Below are positions 62,310 to 64,000 of a stretch of DNA of 64,000 nucleotides, one piece after another. The notes below the pieces were generated by a model. It was not told the DNA's origin. It searched no databases and saw nothing but the letters and a program-made list of their open reading frames with translations. The position numbers and the translations under genes were made by a program. Position 1 is the first letter of the stretch; each line of letters starts with the position of its first letter. Source of the DNA: the human T2T-CHM13v2.0 reference genome, Homo sapiens; the NCBI RefSeq assembly GCF_009914755.1, contig NC_060936.1. One strand, written 5' to 3'.

Positions 62310-62805
62310 TGTATTAGTCAAAGTTCTCCAGAGAAACAAAACCAATAGAATACATAGAGAGATATAAAGAAAGATATTTATTATGAGGTTTTGGCTCATG
62401 TGATTAAAGAGGCTGAAAAATCTCATAATCTGCCATCTGCTAGCTGGAGGCCCAAGGAAGCCAGGGATATAATTCTAGTCCAAACCTGAAGGCCAGAGAA
62501 CCAAGGGAGCTAATTGTGAAAGTCCTGGTCTATGCTTGAAGGTCTGAGAACCAGGAGAGTCAATGTCCAAAGGCAGATGACGATGATGTCCCAGCTTAAG
62601 CAGAGAGAAAATTCCCCCTCCTTTTGTCTCTTCATATCCTCAACAGATAGGATAATGGCCACCTACATTAGTGAGTGTAATCTTCTTTACTCAATCTATT
62701 TATTTGCCCAGAATTCAGTCATATATGCACATAGAAGTAATGTTTTAACAGCTATCTGGGCATTCTCTAGCCCAATCAAGTTGCCCCATAATGTTCAGCA
62801 TCATA
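62310..62805 (-). mobile_element. MLT2B 5' LTR of the ERV-L provirus
   Basis: tgtattagtcaaagttctccagagaaacaaaaccaatag...ggctcatgtgatt...cccaatcaagttg; abuts the internal region. Confidence 0.9.
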
Positions 62806-63519
62806 GCTACCAAAAATGTACTTATGGAAAAATATAAGGTCTTAGAAACTTGAGTTTACTTATAGAGAAATTGATTTAAATATGTTAGAAAAATAAGATA
62901 TCTAAATCTAGCATATGAATTGCCAAAAACATGTTTGACTAAAGAGTTTGATATCCCCAGTGAGTCCAGTCCAAAATGTTCATAGTTTATCTAACAAAAT
63001 TATCTTCATCTAAATTAAATATGTAAAAGTAAAAATAATGTTCTTGATGAGTCCCAAAAATGACTTCAAAAATATATTTTTTCAATATTTTATTTAGCAA
63101 TGTTATATTTTTTTATGATAGATACTCATTAAATGACAACAGACATTTAAAATATTTCCTCTATGTTGACTTTGTGATAAAAGTACTATCGAGTTCTTAC
63201 ACTAATCTTTTGAAATAGACTTTTCACCATAGTAGTCTATAAGAGAAAACATTGTTTCTTTAAGTCAATCACAAATTTACCTGCATCCTACACATCAAAC
63301 TTTAAAACATTTTGTAATTTCAATAGCTTTATAATTTACACCTAAAATCTTCTCATCTGAAAAAAACAAATCTTTATTTGTTTTCAGGAGCATCTTCTCA
63401 TACTTTATATTCAGAGATGATACTATGTGCAATAGTGTCATCAGAACTATAAGTTACTATTTATACTATAAAATTTTCATTGATTTCATTGATTCATTCA
63501 TATATTTTCCAGTTGTTCA

Positions 63520-64000
63520 TGTGACAAAGATCCAAAAGCAATTGCAACAAAAGCAAAAATGGACAAAAGGGACCTCATTAAACTAAAGAGCTTCTGCACG
63601 GCAAAAGAAACTATCAACAGAGTAAAAAGACAACTTACTAAATGGGAGAAAATGTTTGCAAACTATGCATCTGACAAAGATTTAATATTCAGAATCTATA
63701 AGGAATGTAAACAACGTAACAAGCAAAATACAAACAATCCCATAAAAACATGGGCAAAGGACATGAACAGACACTTTCAAAAGAAGACATACACACAGCC
63801 AACAAGCATATGAAAAAATGCTCAACATCACTGATCATTACAGAAATGCATATCAACACCATAATGAGATACTATCTCAAACTAGTCAGAGAGACTATCA
63901 TTAAAAAGCCAAAAATTAACAGATACTGGCAAAGTTACCAAGAAAAGGGGGTGCTTATACAATGCTGGTGGGAACATAAATTAGTTCAGCCATTGTGGAA
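63520..64000 (+). mobile_element. L1 (old L1P/L1MA) ORF2 C-terminal region, runs off the window
   Basis: [49 protein letters not shown]. Confidence 0.93.

Overview
This is AT-rich, gene-poor simian primate DNA (AluJ, AluS and AluY are present, so probably human or ape), either intergenic or deep intronic. I find no supportable host protein-coding exon, RNA gene, CRISPR array or operon. The ORF track is explained by decayed retroelement ORFs (L1 ORF1/ORF2, THE1-int, ERV-L pol/dUTPase), antisense repeat frames and a purine-pyrimidine minisatellite. Much of the window is interspersed repeat, with about 25 LTR insertions (ERV1 MER4-group/MER41/MER34/MER39/MER57, ERVK MER11, MaLR THE1/MST/MLT1, ERVL MLT2). 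It also holds L1, L2, MIR, Alu and hAT MITEs, many nested with readable target-site duplications (TSDs). Subfamily names come from my recall of consensus sequences and need RepeatMasker/Dfam confirmation. I see no new multi-gene biological system. The best second-look signals are structural: (1) a ~140-bp locally templated fold-back inside an L2 (42.7-43.0 kb); (2) a triplicated LTR-end/tRNA-Arg primer-binding site (PBS) beside a MER41 LTR that also gained tandem GAS motifs; (3) a tail-less, internally primed L1 RT fragment with a 15-bp TSD; (4) an L1PB with an apparently spliced 5'UTR whose 3' end is scrambled around a 1.3-kb RY minisatellite containing a 62-bp perfect palindrome; (5) a collapsed MER34-type provirus.
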